From Chara braunii (lineage: Eukaryota > Plantae > Charophyceae): DNA of 64,000 bases. Shown one piece after another: positions 49,568-59,689 of the stretch (position 1 is the first letter of the stretch; every line of letters begins with the position of its first letter). The stretch spans positions 2,180,011 to 2,244,010 of the forward strand of contig BFEA01000026.1 of assembly GCA_003427395.1 (NCBI GenBank), written 5' to 3'. The position numbers and the translations under genes were made by a program. A model generated the notes under the pieces. The model saw nothing but the letters and a program-made list of their open reading frames with translations, was not told the DNA's origin and ran no database searches.

Positions 49568-50579
49568 ACTCCCGATACCGGCAGTCCGTCGCTGAGTATC
49601 AACGCAGAGTTGTCACCCTGCTTGGTTCGAGCATGCAAGCCAGGTTCGCTCGTGCGCTACAGTCCGTCGCGGCCCCGCACGTCAACCCCTCATACCCGAC
49701 ACCAGCTCGTCAGATCGCTCAACTCTCGCACTCACTTACCTTCCAAACTTGCTCGTTAGCTGACCCTCACTGATCACGCTAACCTCGAAATTCTTAGAGC
49801 GTAAACTAATTGCGCTTGCAAAATTTATAGCATGCATGCCTGTGCGAAAGGTACGGGATTAAGCCTAGGTGGACAACAGGAGAAGAGAGGAAGTGCCTAC
49901 GTCTGCATGGGCAGGCCGCGACGTGGGGGTCGTAGCCGCACTCCACGCACCGATCCAGTTATCCAGGCACTCAGACCAATTAGAATGGAGCATCAAACAT
50001 GCAAGACGAAGAAGAAGAAGGTGGACAAATATGAGGAAATCAAGAAAGAAGAAAGATACAGTTACAATCGCGCCTGCCAAAAGCGACAGTTGCACATGAT
50101 TAAGGGCACGATCCAGTCAGAGCCCAGTTCCCAACGCAGCAAGATGCGCACAAGCGTGGCGCAACAAAATTCAAAGTACCTAAATTCCTAGTCTAAGTCC
50201 TAATTGCAAAAGAAAATTTCGAATAGGCAAAAGAAAAACGATTCCGCTAGCCCGTAAGGGCCCGACATTAGTTGAAAATTCAAAAACGATATTCGCGCGC
50301 GATGATCGCGCCAAAATTCCCAGTGTTCACAGCAAAACAAGAAAAAAGTTATGGTACAACTATTTCTTGCGCTTGCGAAGGCGCGACTACCCAACCGTTG
50401 GCACGGGATTTTCCCGACACCGATCCGACAACTTTCAGCAGAAAACAAAAAGAAACGAGGGCATCCATGCAACTAGCCCGCCCGACCCATCTTCCCACAA
50501 CTCATCCATTCGACCCGTCGTATTTCCCCAAACAGCTTCGCGCATAAAGTCGCGCGATTACAGAAAATAGTTCGTCACA
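44730..50579 (-). repeat. LTR B of gypsy 2 (interrupted by 45956-49272; PBS-proximal terminus missing)
   Basis: Homologous to LTR A along its length and ends CGTCACA at 50579. Confidence 0.9.
45956..49272. mobile_element. 3.3-kb non-autonomous TTAA-flanked TIR element nested in LTR B
   Basis: Perfect 19-bp TIRs (ACCACCACTACCCCCGCCG) with TTAA on both sides. LTR A shows the empty site at ~33684. Confidence 0.9.
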
Positions 50580-51707
50580 AGCCAAGCAATGACCCTGGTA
50601 TTCCAAAAAAAGGAGGGAAAGGGGGGGAGCTAGAACTGGAGGATGGAAGGTAGTAAGGGGGCTCTCAACAGAGGAAGGGTTGTCTGTTAAGGTAAGTAGG
50701 TTAGAAGGACGATGCTGGGACGACACAGGCCGACGCTGGAGCTTTTGCTCTGTGACCTAGGGGGAGCTTGAGGCGTGTGGAGTTATGCCAAGGGTGAAAG
50801 GCATGACCAGACCGTCCGACGTAGTCGGCGCCGAGGTATTAACCCTGTAACCTGTGCCAGGGGCTTGCCGCTAAAGGAAATGTCGAGGGAGGAAGGCACT
50901 TCCTGTCCATCAGAACTCGGTTGGTCAGTACTGGGGAAGGTTGTGGTGCCCTGTTACCCTAGCAGAAGGGGGTATGAGATCAAGTGAGTTATGGTACGAG
51001 GACTGAAAGCCTGGACCTGACGTTCCGTCTGTTGAAGGGGGGGGGGGGTGGATAGTAGGTGGTTTCAGTTTTGACCCCCTGCTCTCATTTTTTTTCCAAG
51101 CCATTTCGGATTTTTTCTGAATTATAGCCTATTTCATGAGGTAAGTCTTGAGAATGCCTTAGGACTCTGGGTACTTCTTGCAACCCATTTTAGGCTTCTT
51201 TAATGCTGTTATATTCATGGATCCGTGGTTTTTCGATGCCAGAACGAGGCCGGCCGGAGCTGGGGGGTTGCCCTGTAACCTGTTGATAGCAGGAGCGTGA
51301 GGCCTGGTAGAGAGATCTGGGGATGCCTTGGTCCGGGCATCCCAAGGGAAAACCAAGGGTCGCTGTTGATACGACGCTGGCCAGAGCTGGGGTGAGTTGT
51401 GTTGCCCTGTAACCTAGCAAGATGGGGGCATGAGGCCTGGGAAAGCTCGGGAGGGAATAAGACAGTGTTAGAGTTTTTCAGAATGTTTTGTTGGGGATTC
51501 CAGGGGTTCTGAGCATTCAAAGGGCTTCTGTGGCTTTCCGTGGCTTTCCGTTTTGTCTTAGCAAGTGCTGCTTGAGTAGCCTAGCAATAGGTTAGCAGTT
51601 ATCCATGTTTTCCTAAATTTTCCTGATCCTTTTCGTAGTTCTCAGATTGTTCTTAGCCAAAGCCAGGTAATGGCCCTGGTATTTCAAATCATTTGTATAA
51701 TTCTATA

Positions 51708-52147
51708 CAGGACGCTGGGCCCGGTTCCCAGCACGTGTTGCTCCCCACGAATAGACTGGGGCATTTGTCCCCAAAGAAAAAGACCTTTCTACAAAGCCGA
51801 GTTTCAAATGGATTTTGAACTTAGGGCCTGACTGGACTGCAGAAACCCTGTTGCAAAGGCATTGTCAAACTGTTTTTGTGACCCCCACGTAGTTACCCCA
51901 AATAGAATGTATCTTACGCTGAAATGTACTCCCACCATCATGATGGCCTTTCTCCTTTTTTTAGGGCCTTGTTGCACTACTTGCCATCCGCCAAGTTTGG
52001 CAAGTGGGTGCATGGTTGCACTTACTCGCCAAACTTGAGCCTGGAGAGTTTTTCTTTCCATCCGCCACAGCCATGAAACTGTTTTTTTTTTTTTTTTTTT
52101 CTCCCCGTGGGGAACAGCACGTGTTGGGAACCGGGCCCAGCGTCCCA
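51708..52147. mobile_element. Tc1/mariner-like MITE (~42-bp TIRs, TA flanks)
   Basis: TA|CAGGACGCTGGGCCCGGTTCCCAGCACGTGTTGCTCCCCACG ... CGTGGGGAACAGCACGTGTTGGGAACCGGGCCCAGCGTCCCA|TA. Confidence 0.75.
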
Positions 52148-52986
52148 TATAGAAATTTACATAGAATTTTGAAGGAATTTTTAAAGCTTGCGGTACCGGG
52201 GCCACTACCCGGCTTAGGCTAAGAGCTAAATTAAGAAATACAAACAAGCTACCCAAAATAGGCAAAAATTTCAGGAAAAGACTCAGACCCCCCTCCATCC
52301 TCTTTATCTCACTCCGGCAGGTCTTACTGCAGCAAAGCCACCATCTCTGCTGCTGCTGTACCCTATTACCATCCTAAAACTGAACACTCTCCAGAAAGCC
52401 ATTTTGTGGAGGCTACTACTACAGTAGTGGCCCCTCCACAAAATAGCTTTCTGGAGAGTATTCAGCTTCGCCGGTGTAGATCTCACAGAAAACCCTTTTT
52501 GACTTTTCTGTTGAACCTAGACAGGTGGTGAGGAAGGGCCTTGCCACACCTATCTCCAAAAGACAAGTTTTTTTTCAAGATTCGCTCTCTCGAGAGTGGC
52601 ACTCTCTAATGTGTCAGAGGAGACCCGGGATTTTTGCAGTTTTTGTGAGCACAGTGTGGCGATACCAAGTTGCCCTGAACGCAGCCACATGGCCCAAAAC
52701 CACCTCCACGGTTCAGAAGTGCTCTCCAACCGTACACAACAAGTGCGAGGCTGCAGGAGGTGGTCGGTCGCGGCACACTCTTGACTTTCGGGTCGAAATC
52801 GGGTGCTCCTCGGACCTCTCTCGAAAAGGGCTGCTTTGCAGGCGGGCACTCCTGAAAAGTTATAGGGTCACGGGAGTTCTAGAGGCCTCCCGCGACCCAC
52901 ATTCTGACCGCTTTCCAATTTCTTTCTGACACTGGTTTTCGAGAGTAGGTGTGGCGATGCTTCTCCTCTCAAAAACCCGTTTTTAA

Positions 52987-53138
52987 ACTACCAGTACTTC
53001 CTACAGTCGCGTAGCGTTAATGCTACGCAATTTTAGGAAACGTACGGGCTACTACAGGAGCGCCCAAATTCATCCAACAAGAAACGTTTCGACTCTATTT
53101 TTTTTCCGCGGCCGATAGCTGGGCCAAGTACTGGTGGT
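52987..53138. mobile_element. Second copy of the ~150-bp TTAA MITE
   Basis: TTAA|ACTACCAGTACTT...AAGTACTGGTGGT|TTAA, colinear with 20672-20821. Confidence 0.85.
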
Positions 53139-53673
53139 TTAAGATAGGTGTGGCGAGGCCCTAAGTGCAACCATGATGCTACTCACCACCAGTTTTCGTT
53201 ATTCTTTTTTTTTTTTTCCAAATTAAGCTATACTTTTCTATCACATATCTCATCTTCTTGGCAGTATGCATCTATCTCATCCTCTGGCTAGTCTATGCAT
53301 AGTACCGGGGAACACCAACCACCCCGGATCTCTCCCTAGCCCACGGGGTAGGTTGGCACCACAGCAGTGGTGCAAGAGCAAGGCTGTACCAGTCCCTCAT
53401 CACGGTGATGAGGGGTGGGGAGGCATTGCCGATGGGGGAAATCGGCGGTGCTAGTGCCGGGTATGGCCAGTCACTGCACCTCCCCCTACCCCCGCCCAAC
53501 CCACATGGTGGTGTCTAATGGCCAATATTGTGGCTGCATAGCAACCAACAACATCAGCCAAGGTCCTGCCAATGCTGACTTCGGGGGCCAATGGGTTATC
53601 TCTAGCTGGTAGAACACCAAGCTTGCCCAGACACGTACTCTCCACGCCCATAGCTTATATCTTTTGCATAGTT

Positions 53674-56065
53674 TTTTTTTTTTTTTTTTTCTTTTGGAAA
53701 GTTCTCACAGATTTATTACCAACCATTGCAACGAGGCCGGGGACCTCACAATTCGACCTGGAGTTATCCTGGCAGCATCAGCCAGTTTCGCTTACGAGCC
53801 CAGGCTCGACTAAGTCTCCAGCTACTAAAGATCTATCAGTATTAGTGCTGGAAACCGGGTCCAGCGTCCCTTGCTGCTAAAACTTTCCAAAGTGCATCTT
53901 GAAGCTCATGTAAGAAAAGGGAGGGCTGAACCCGTATATCCCGAGTCCAGCAGCCCATTCTGGCAAATTCAAATTTTAAACCCAAGCTTAACTAAGCGGC
54001 CAATGGAGCAACCCCAGGACCAGCTTTTAAGGAAACTGCTCTGTTTGGCCTATCTAGAGAATCTAGCCCAGTGCAAACTGCACATATTAGACAAAAGCCA
54101 TGTTGGGCCTACAACGGCCCCAGAGTTAACCAAGTAGTGACCGACGGGTTGCCCTTCGCATCCGGTGACACCAGCTTTCCTTTGTAGCCCCAAGTTTTCC
54201 AGAACCAGATCGTTCCTGCCTTAGAGGAGCCTGACTTTGCCTTTCTGTGCCAATCCGCCCATATGCATTGCCTGAAGCGGGCTTTGATCTGGGTCTTCAA
54301 AACTGTGCCCGGAATCCGTTCCTGACGAAAGACATGGTTATTTCTTTCTTCCCAGATTAGCAGGAGCAGGACTGCTCTAAACACTTGAGCCAGGTAGATG
54401 ACCGCCGTGTCCGCTGCTGCCGACTTTTCTGGAATACCATAAAAAATGTAGTCATCCGACTATTCCATGTTAGAAAAATTAAGGTTCTTCCAATGCTTCC
54501 GCCACCAACTCCAGATGCGTTTGGAGAAGGGACAATCCAACCACAAGTGGTGGGTGGTTTCCCATGCCCACTTGCACCGAGCGCAGCTGAGTGGGACATC
54601 CATCCCCCTGCCTGCTAGAAATGCTGCAGAGGGGATCGCCAATAACGATTGAGTCCATAGGATACTGGCCTGACGCTGAGACGGGAGCTTCTGCATCAAT
54701 TTCCATAATGCCACGTGTTCTTCTTCAGTATAGCTCCTCAGCGCCTGGTCAGTCCTGGCTGTCCTGACTGCATGAAGAGGTTTGCGGACTCGATTTTGTC
54801 TGAGTATACAAACTTCCCACTTTGGCGTGTAATGCTGTAACCGCAGATTAACTGTGGTCTGAGCAGACTTTACCGTCCAACTCCAGCGGAGGGGGTGTAG
54901 CTTGACCTCCGATGCTGGTCGCCCTGCCATGCACAATCTCGGGTGGGACACATTATAACAGTCCGTGTTCTCATCTACCACGCATTGAACAAGCTCTGGT
55001 ATTGAGGAGAAGGTGCCCTCATTATCAAATCTCAGTGGAATTGCATCCTCCCACGAGGGCTCGTGGGTCCACAGTTGAAGGATCGCCCTGCCCGCAACAT
55101 CTTTTCCCAGAAATTTGCAGACCTTGGACTCCAATGAGTGCTCCTTGGAGATATACCAGCTTCCTTCTTGCAACAAATCATTCTGGTCGAGCAGGATTTC
55201 CAATGTTGCGGGATGGCCTCGATTAGAGATTGCAATTTCTCGTGTCTCCCCCGTAGATAGGGGAATCTCCTTCTCAACTCATCCTCAGTTATCCAGTCCG
55301 AATTATCTGATTTCCTAATATCCCGCACTCTGAAGATTCCCCTCTCCATCCAACGCCTTCCGAACAGACCTTGGCCTTCTGCTGCAGAGAAAGGTAGGCC
55401 ATTCATGTCCACAATGTAAGGGTTGTCGAAAAGACTCTCATTCAAGACTTCCGTGAGTGTCTGGGGTTCTAAGTAATAAGGCGGTCTAATCTGTTTCCAA
55501 GCCAGTAAAACTGATCTCCAAAAAACAGACTTTGGCCGTCTGTTCACAAAGGACTCGCAGAGAAAACAGGACCAGACATCTGCGTGATTGGACAGATTCC
55601 ACTCGTTTCCCAGGAGGTATTCCCCAAACTGGACCCAGAACCTATCTTGTGGCACTAAAGCAGCCTTGATTGGCCATTTTGCCAGGGATGCAATGTTCTG
55701 CAATTTGGGGTCTAGCAATGCCAAACCCCCTTCATTTCTTGGCGGAGCAATGATATCCCAGGCCACCTTGCTCAGGCAGCCTTCATCTTCGCCTGCTTCT
55801 GGTTTCCAAATAAGTTTCCTTGCTCTTGCTCTGATGCGGTTGTGTGCCGCATCGCTCATAAGGTGGACTGCCAGAACATACCAAAGAACAGAGAATGCTG
55901 AGGCTGAGATCAATAATGCACGGCCAAAAAGGCAATGGTAATAAGGCCTATTCCAGCTGGCAATACGAAACAATACCTTCTGCTCCAGCAATTGATCTTG
56001 TAGGTCTCCGCAGTCGGACGTTGACACTTGCACTCCCAGAAAACTCTCCGATGAGTCGCCTGGTA
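53674..56065 (-). mobile_element. 5'-truncated L1/Tx1-type LINE (ORF2 C-terminal part with zf-RVT, 3' UTR, poly(A))
   Basis: FLGV...RIASW...LFGRALLI, VAWDIIAPPRNEGGLALLD, CARCKWAWETTHHLWLDCPFSKRIW, IWEERNNHVF. Poly(T) on the + strand at 53672-53690 with AATAAA on the minus strand. 12-bp TSD TTTTGCATAGTT at 53662-73 and 56066-77. Confidence 0.92.
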
Positions 56066-56093
56066 TTTTGCATAGTTGTGAGTTGCGCCGCAA

Positions 56094-56215
56094 GGCTGTA
56101 TATCTGAACGGCTGACAATCGGTCAGTTCTGCATGCGGCCTTGGGCCTCGCTCCGGCTGTATATCTGAACGGCTGACAATCGGTCAGTTCTGCATGCGGC
56201 CTTGGGCCTCGCTCC
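56094..56215. repeat. Perfect 61-bp tandem duplication
   Basis: GGCTGTATATCTGAACGG...GGGCCTCGCTCC occurs twice. Confidence 0.9.
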
Positions 56216-56352
56216 ACGACTCCCGTCATACAACGTCATGTCCTCCCCCGAAAAAAACAAAAACAAAAAAAAAACAACTTCATGTCCCGGACGCGGTCTG
56301 TTGCAACCGTCACCTCTGTGCTCAGCGGTGACGGAATTCTCACGCAGACGAA

Positions 56353-56474
56353 GGGCCTCGCTCCACTACTCTCGAAATGTGCAAAACGAGAGTGAATCTT
56401 CCCCTAGAATATGGAAAGATGCACGGCCATGATTTTTGTTCTTTGTGCATGTCGAGAGTAGTGCAGCGAGGCCG
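56353..56474. repeat. ~120-bp fold-back (MITE-like) repeat, multicopy in the window
   Basis: GGCCTCGCTCCACTACTCTCGA...TCGAGAGTAGTGCAGCGAGGCC. Relatives at ~26660-26780, 46439-46563, 48744-48855, 52537-52670 and 56810-56972. Confidence 0.7.
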
Positions 56475-57166
56475 CGGGTCTGATGAATTACCTTCGTTTG
56501 GCGCCCGAGAACGGGCATCCCCAGGCAAGGGCGGTTGGGGGAGGTGGCGGCTTAGGTCTTTCTGGTTCGGGGCTCGAACCATGCCGCCCTATTTTCTGCA
56601 CCCAAATGGTTTTGGGGGTGTCTCATGTGGAATTGAGGTCCATGAATCGTTGGATTCACGAGGACCGTCCCTTGACGCGCCTCCTGCGGACTGCCCCCGA
56701 ATAGAACCCCCGGTCATTAGAGCTGTGTTTATTTGGGGAACAGCACTTACACTTCCGCTATAGGGCCTGGCTCCAATACTCACCACATATACAAAGGACA
56801 AATATTATTTATGGCGGCGTATCTTTCATTGTTCTACCGGAAGATACATGCTCATTTTGCACATTTCGTGAGTGGAGGAGAGTGGTGGAGACGTATCTTT
56901 CCATGTTCTAGCGGAAGATACATGCTCATTTTGCACATTTCGTGAGTGGTGGAGAGTGGTGGAGCGAGGCCCATAGCCTTCGTTCTATTGGGGTGGGGGG
57001 AAGGCGGTCGTCTATACAGTTTACGCAAGGTAGCGTGCAGAATAAATAAGCTCGGTGTCCGCCTCAGCAACTGTCGCAGTGCGACATCGGGGACTCCAGT
57101 CGTACGTGACGTGCTGAATGCGTCAGGACAACATCGCTGACTCGATCTCGATAGCCTGCGCAATTA

Positions 57167-57281
57167 GTCCTTCGGGTGGAACGATAAAAAAAAAAGAAAA
57201 AAGAAGAAGTTGGAACGATACAGAGAGAGAAGATTAGCATGGCCCCTGCGCAAGGATGATGACACGCATAAATCGAGAAAT
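57167..57281 (+). pseudogene. U6: U6 snRNA retrocopy (3'-truncated) upstream of paralog 2
   Basis: GTCCTTCGGG...TTGGAACGATACAGAGAGAGAAGATTAGCATGGCCCCTGCGCAAGGATGATGACACGCATAAATCGAGAAAT, flanked by ATAGCCTGCGCAATTA / ATAGCGTGCGCAATTA. Confidence 0.92.
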
Positions 57282-57963
57282 AGCGTGCGCAATTACACAG
57301 GCGGCGGAAAACGGACAATCTACCGTGCAGCGAGAAGCGATTCTAGCCGAAGAAGAGAGTATTACCACCACACTCGCCTTTGCGCTGCTGTCAGTCTTTC
57401 GCCGTCATCGCCGCTGCCTGCGGAGCCATGCCGGCCGCTGCTTGCCGTGACGTCGTGCCTCAGCGGTCACACCTCCCGCGCTCACCTCCAGTGCTGGAGG
57501 AGGCGCGCTGCATTTTCCTTAAAGTCTGAAAAGTATAACAGGTGCTGTCGAGCGTGAGCGGCCATGGTTCGAACTCTGTCCGCGTCTTCTTGCTGGTCGC
57601 CGCCCTGCTCCCATAACCCCCCTCGGCCACCCTTGCTGGCCTCCAATTAAGTGCTCAAGGTTCAGATCGGCGGTCTGACCCTTGCTGGTCCTATGGTCGC
57701 TGTTTTTTTCCTTCGTCACGGTCGGTGAGGAGATCGAAACTTTTTCCCGCCATAGGGTCAAGGAAATCGTCCTGCTTTCCCCCCGAAAAAAAAAAGAAGA
57801 AATCGTCCTGTTTTGCCCTTCACTTTTTCCTTAACTTTTTCCCGCGCATAGGGTCAAGAAAATCGTCCTGAACTTTTTCCCGCGCATAGGGTCAAGGAAA
57901 TCGTCCTGGTTTTCCCCGGAAAAAGAAAAAAAGAAATCGTCCTGTTTTGTCCTTGCTGAAACC

Positions 57964-58923
57964 ATGGAGCGGGGAGTTGGTGGATTGAGCAAACCGGAGT
58001 ACCTCGAGAAAGGTGTGGATTACGACGAGGGTGTTTTCAAGAACACCCGGGGAATGTCCCTGTTCACATCGACATGGCTTCCTTCGGGAAAAGAGCTGAA
58101 GGCGCTTCTCTTCTTCTGCCATGGCTATGGTGGAGAGTGCTCCGTATCCATGGGCGAAACTGCGTTGCGGTTTGCGACTGCCGGATATGGGGTTTTCGGG
58201 GTGGATGTTGAAGGCCATGGCCGCTCGGAGGGCCTCCGAGGTTTCATACCAGATGCAGAGAAGATGGTAGGGGATTGCGTGGACTATTTCAAGACAGTGA
58301 GGGAGAAAGCGGAGTTCAAGAAGAAGGCAAGGTTCCTGTACGGGGAGTCGATGGGGGGCGCAACTTGTCTGCTGATACATCGGAAGGAGCCTGGAGTGTG
58401 GAACGGAGCCATTCTCGTGGCGCCGATGTGTAAGATATCGGAGAAGATGAAGCCTCCCGCGATCGTGACACGTGTCTTAACGATGGTGGCGGCTTTCGCT
58501 CCCAGGTGGCAGATTGTGCCGATCAAAGACCTCGTCGATAGTTCTATCAAGGAGCCAGCCAGACGAGAGTTGGTGCGATCGAATGCGTACAATTATAAGG
58601 ACAGACCGCGTTTGGGAACAGCACTGCAGATGTTGAAAGTGAGCACGGATCTGGAAGCTCGCCTGGAGGAGGTGACCATCCCCTTCCTCCTGCTCCACGG
58701 AGAGGCGGATGCCGTAACGGATCCCGCGGTGTCGCAGGCGCTGTACGAGGTGGCCAAGAGTGTCGACAAGACGTTCAAGGTGTACCCAGGAATGTGGCAT
58801 GCACTGACAACAGGAGAGCCAGAGGACAACGTGGCGATGGTCTTCCGGGACATTTTCGAGTGGCTGGAGTCTAGGTGCATGGTGGGGAGTTTGACCTCTC
58901 AGCGAAAGCAACAGCAGCAGTAG
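57964..58923 (+). CDS. Monoacylglycerol lipase / caffeoyl shikimate esterase-like alpha/beta-hydrolase, paralog 2, 319 aa, intronless
   Basis: Same intact motifs (HGYG, GESMGG, HGEAD, MWHAL) and gap-free colinearity with paralog 1. Confidence 0.95.
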   Translation: MERGVGGLSKPEYLEKGVDYDEGVFKNTRGMSLFTSTWLPSGKELKALLFFCHGYGGECSVSMGETALRFATAGYGVFGVDVEGHGRSEGLRGFIPDAEKMVGDCVDYFKTVREKAEFKKKARFLYGESMGGATCLLIHRKEPGVWNGAILVAPMCKISEKMKPPAIVTRVLTMVAAFAPRWQIVPIKDLVDSSIKEPARRELVRSNAYNYKDRPRLGTALQMLKVSTDLEARLEEVTIPFLLLHGEADAVTDPAVSQALYEVAKSVDKTFKVYPGMWHALTTGEPEDNVAMVFRDIFEWLESRCMVGSLTSQRKQQQQ

Positions 58924-58988
58924 ATGGTAGGACGCAGTAGTTGCTGCCAGAACAGTAGTCAGATTGGACCCAGAGCGAGAACCACTGT

Positions 58989-59078
<90 letters not shown>

Positions 59079-59187
59079 GGTGCGTGACAGCGCTGCGTGT
59101 GGCGCTGCCGTGTGTCGCGACCAGATTCGTGGCAGGTGGGCACAGTGAGGAAAAATCTGGCCGCGCCACACGGCAGGGCGTCATTCC

Positions 59188-59249
<62 letters not shown>

Positions 59250-59392
59250 CTGTGCTCGGGCCATGTTGGGACGGGCGGGGGGACGTGTTTGCGGCACATT
59301 GGTTTGACTGACTGTGACCAATAAATGTGGCCAGATCCGTTCTAAAACGAACGTAGCAGTCAGAAATGCAGAAGTTCGTAGCATGGCCCTTG

Positions 59393-59440
<48 letters not shown>

Positions 59441-59656
59441 GCACGGTCACCCCGCCGCCACATGTGGCACTTCTTCACTTGTGGACTCTCGATTTTCCCA
59501 CGCGTATACCAAGAAAGCCATGCACGTGCGCCCGTCGAAAAAAAAGTAAAACGGAAAAAAGTGCAAAAAAGAAGGCCGCGAGGCTGGTACCCATACCGGA
59601 GGGTGTTTGGCATCTGCCTGAGTGCCTCAGGCTAGGCACTCAATGGCAGAAGAGTG

Positions 59657-59689
<33 letters not shown>

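Larger units (their letters stand above)
32473..50579 (-). mobile_element. Degenerate Ty3/gypsy LTR retrotransposon structure 2 (PHD-containing pol) with nested insertions
   Basis: On the minus strand: LTR B, PBS, gag with CCHC remnant, protease, RT, RNase H, PHD, integrase, LTR A. The outer 5-bp flanks do not match (TTAGG vs AGCCA). Confidence 0.88.

Noticed and set aside
58477-59613. 378-aa minus-strand ORF
   Set aside because: It is the antisense shadow of the hydrolase gene plus microsatellites.
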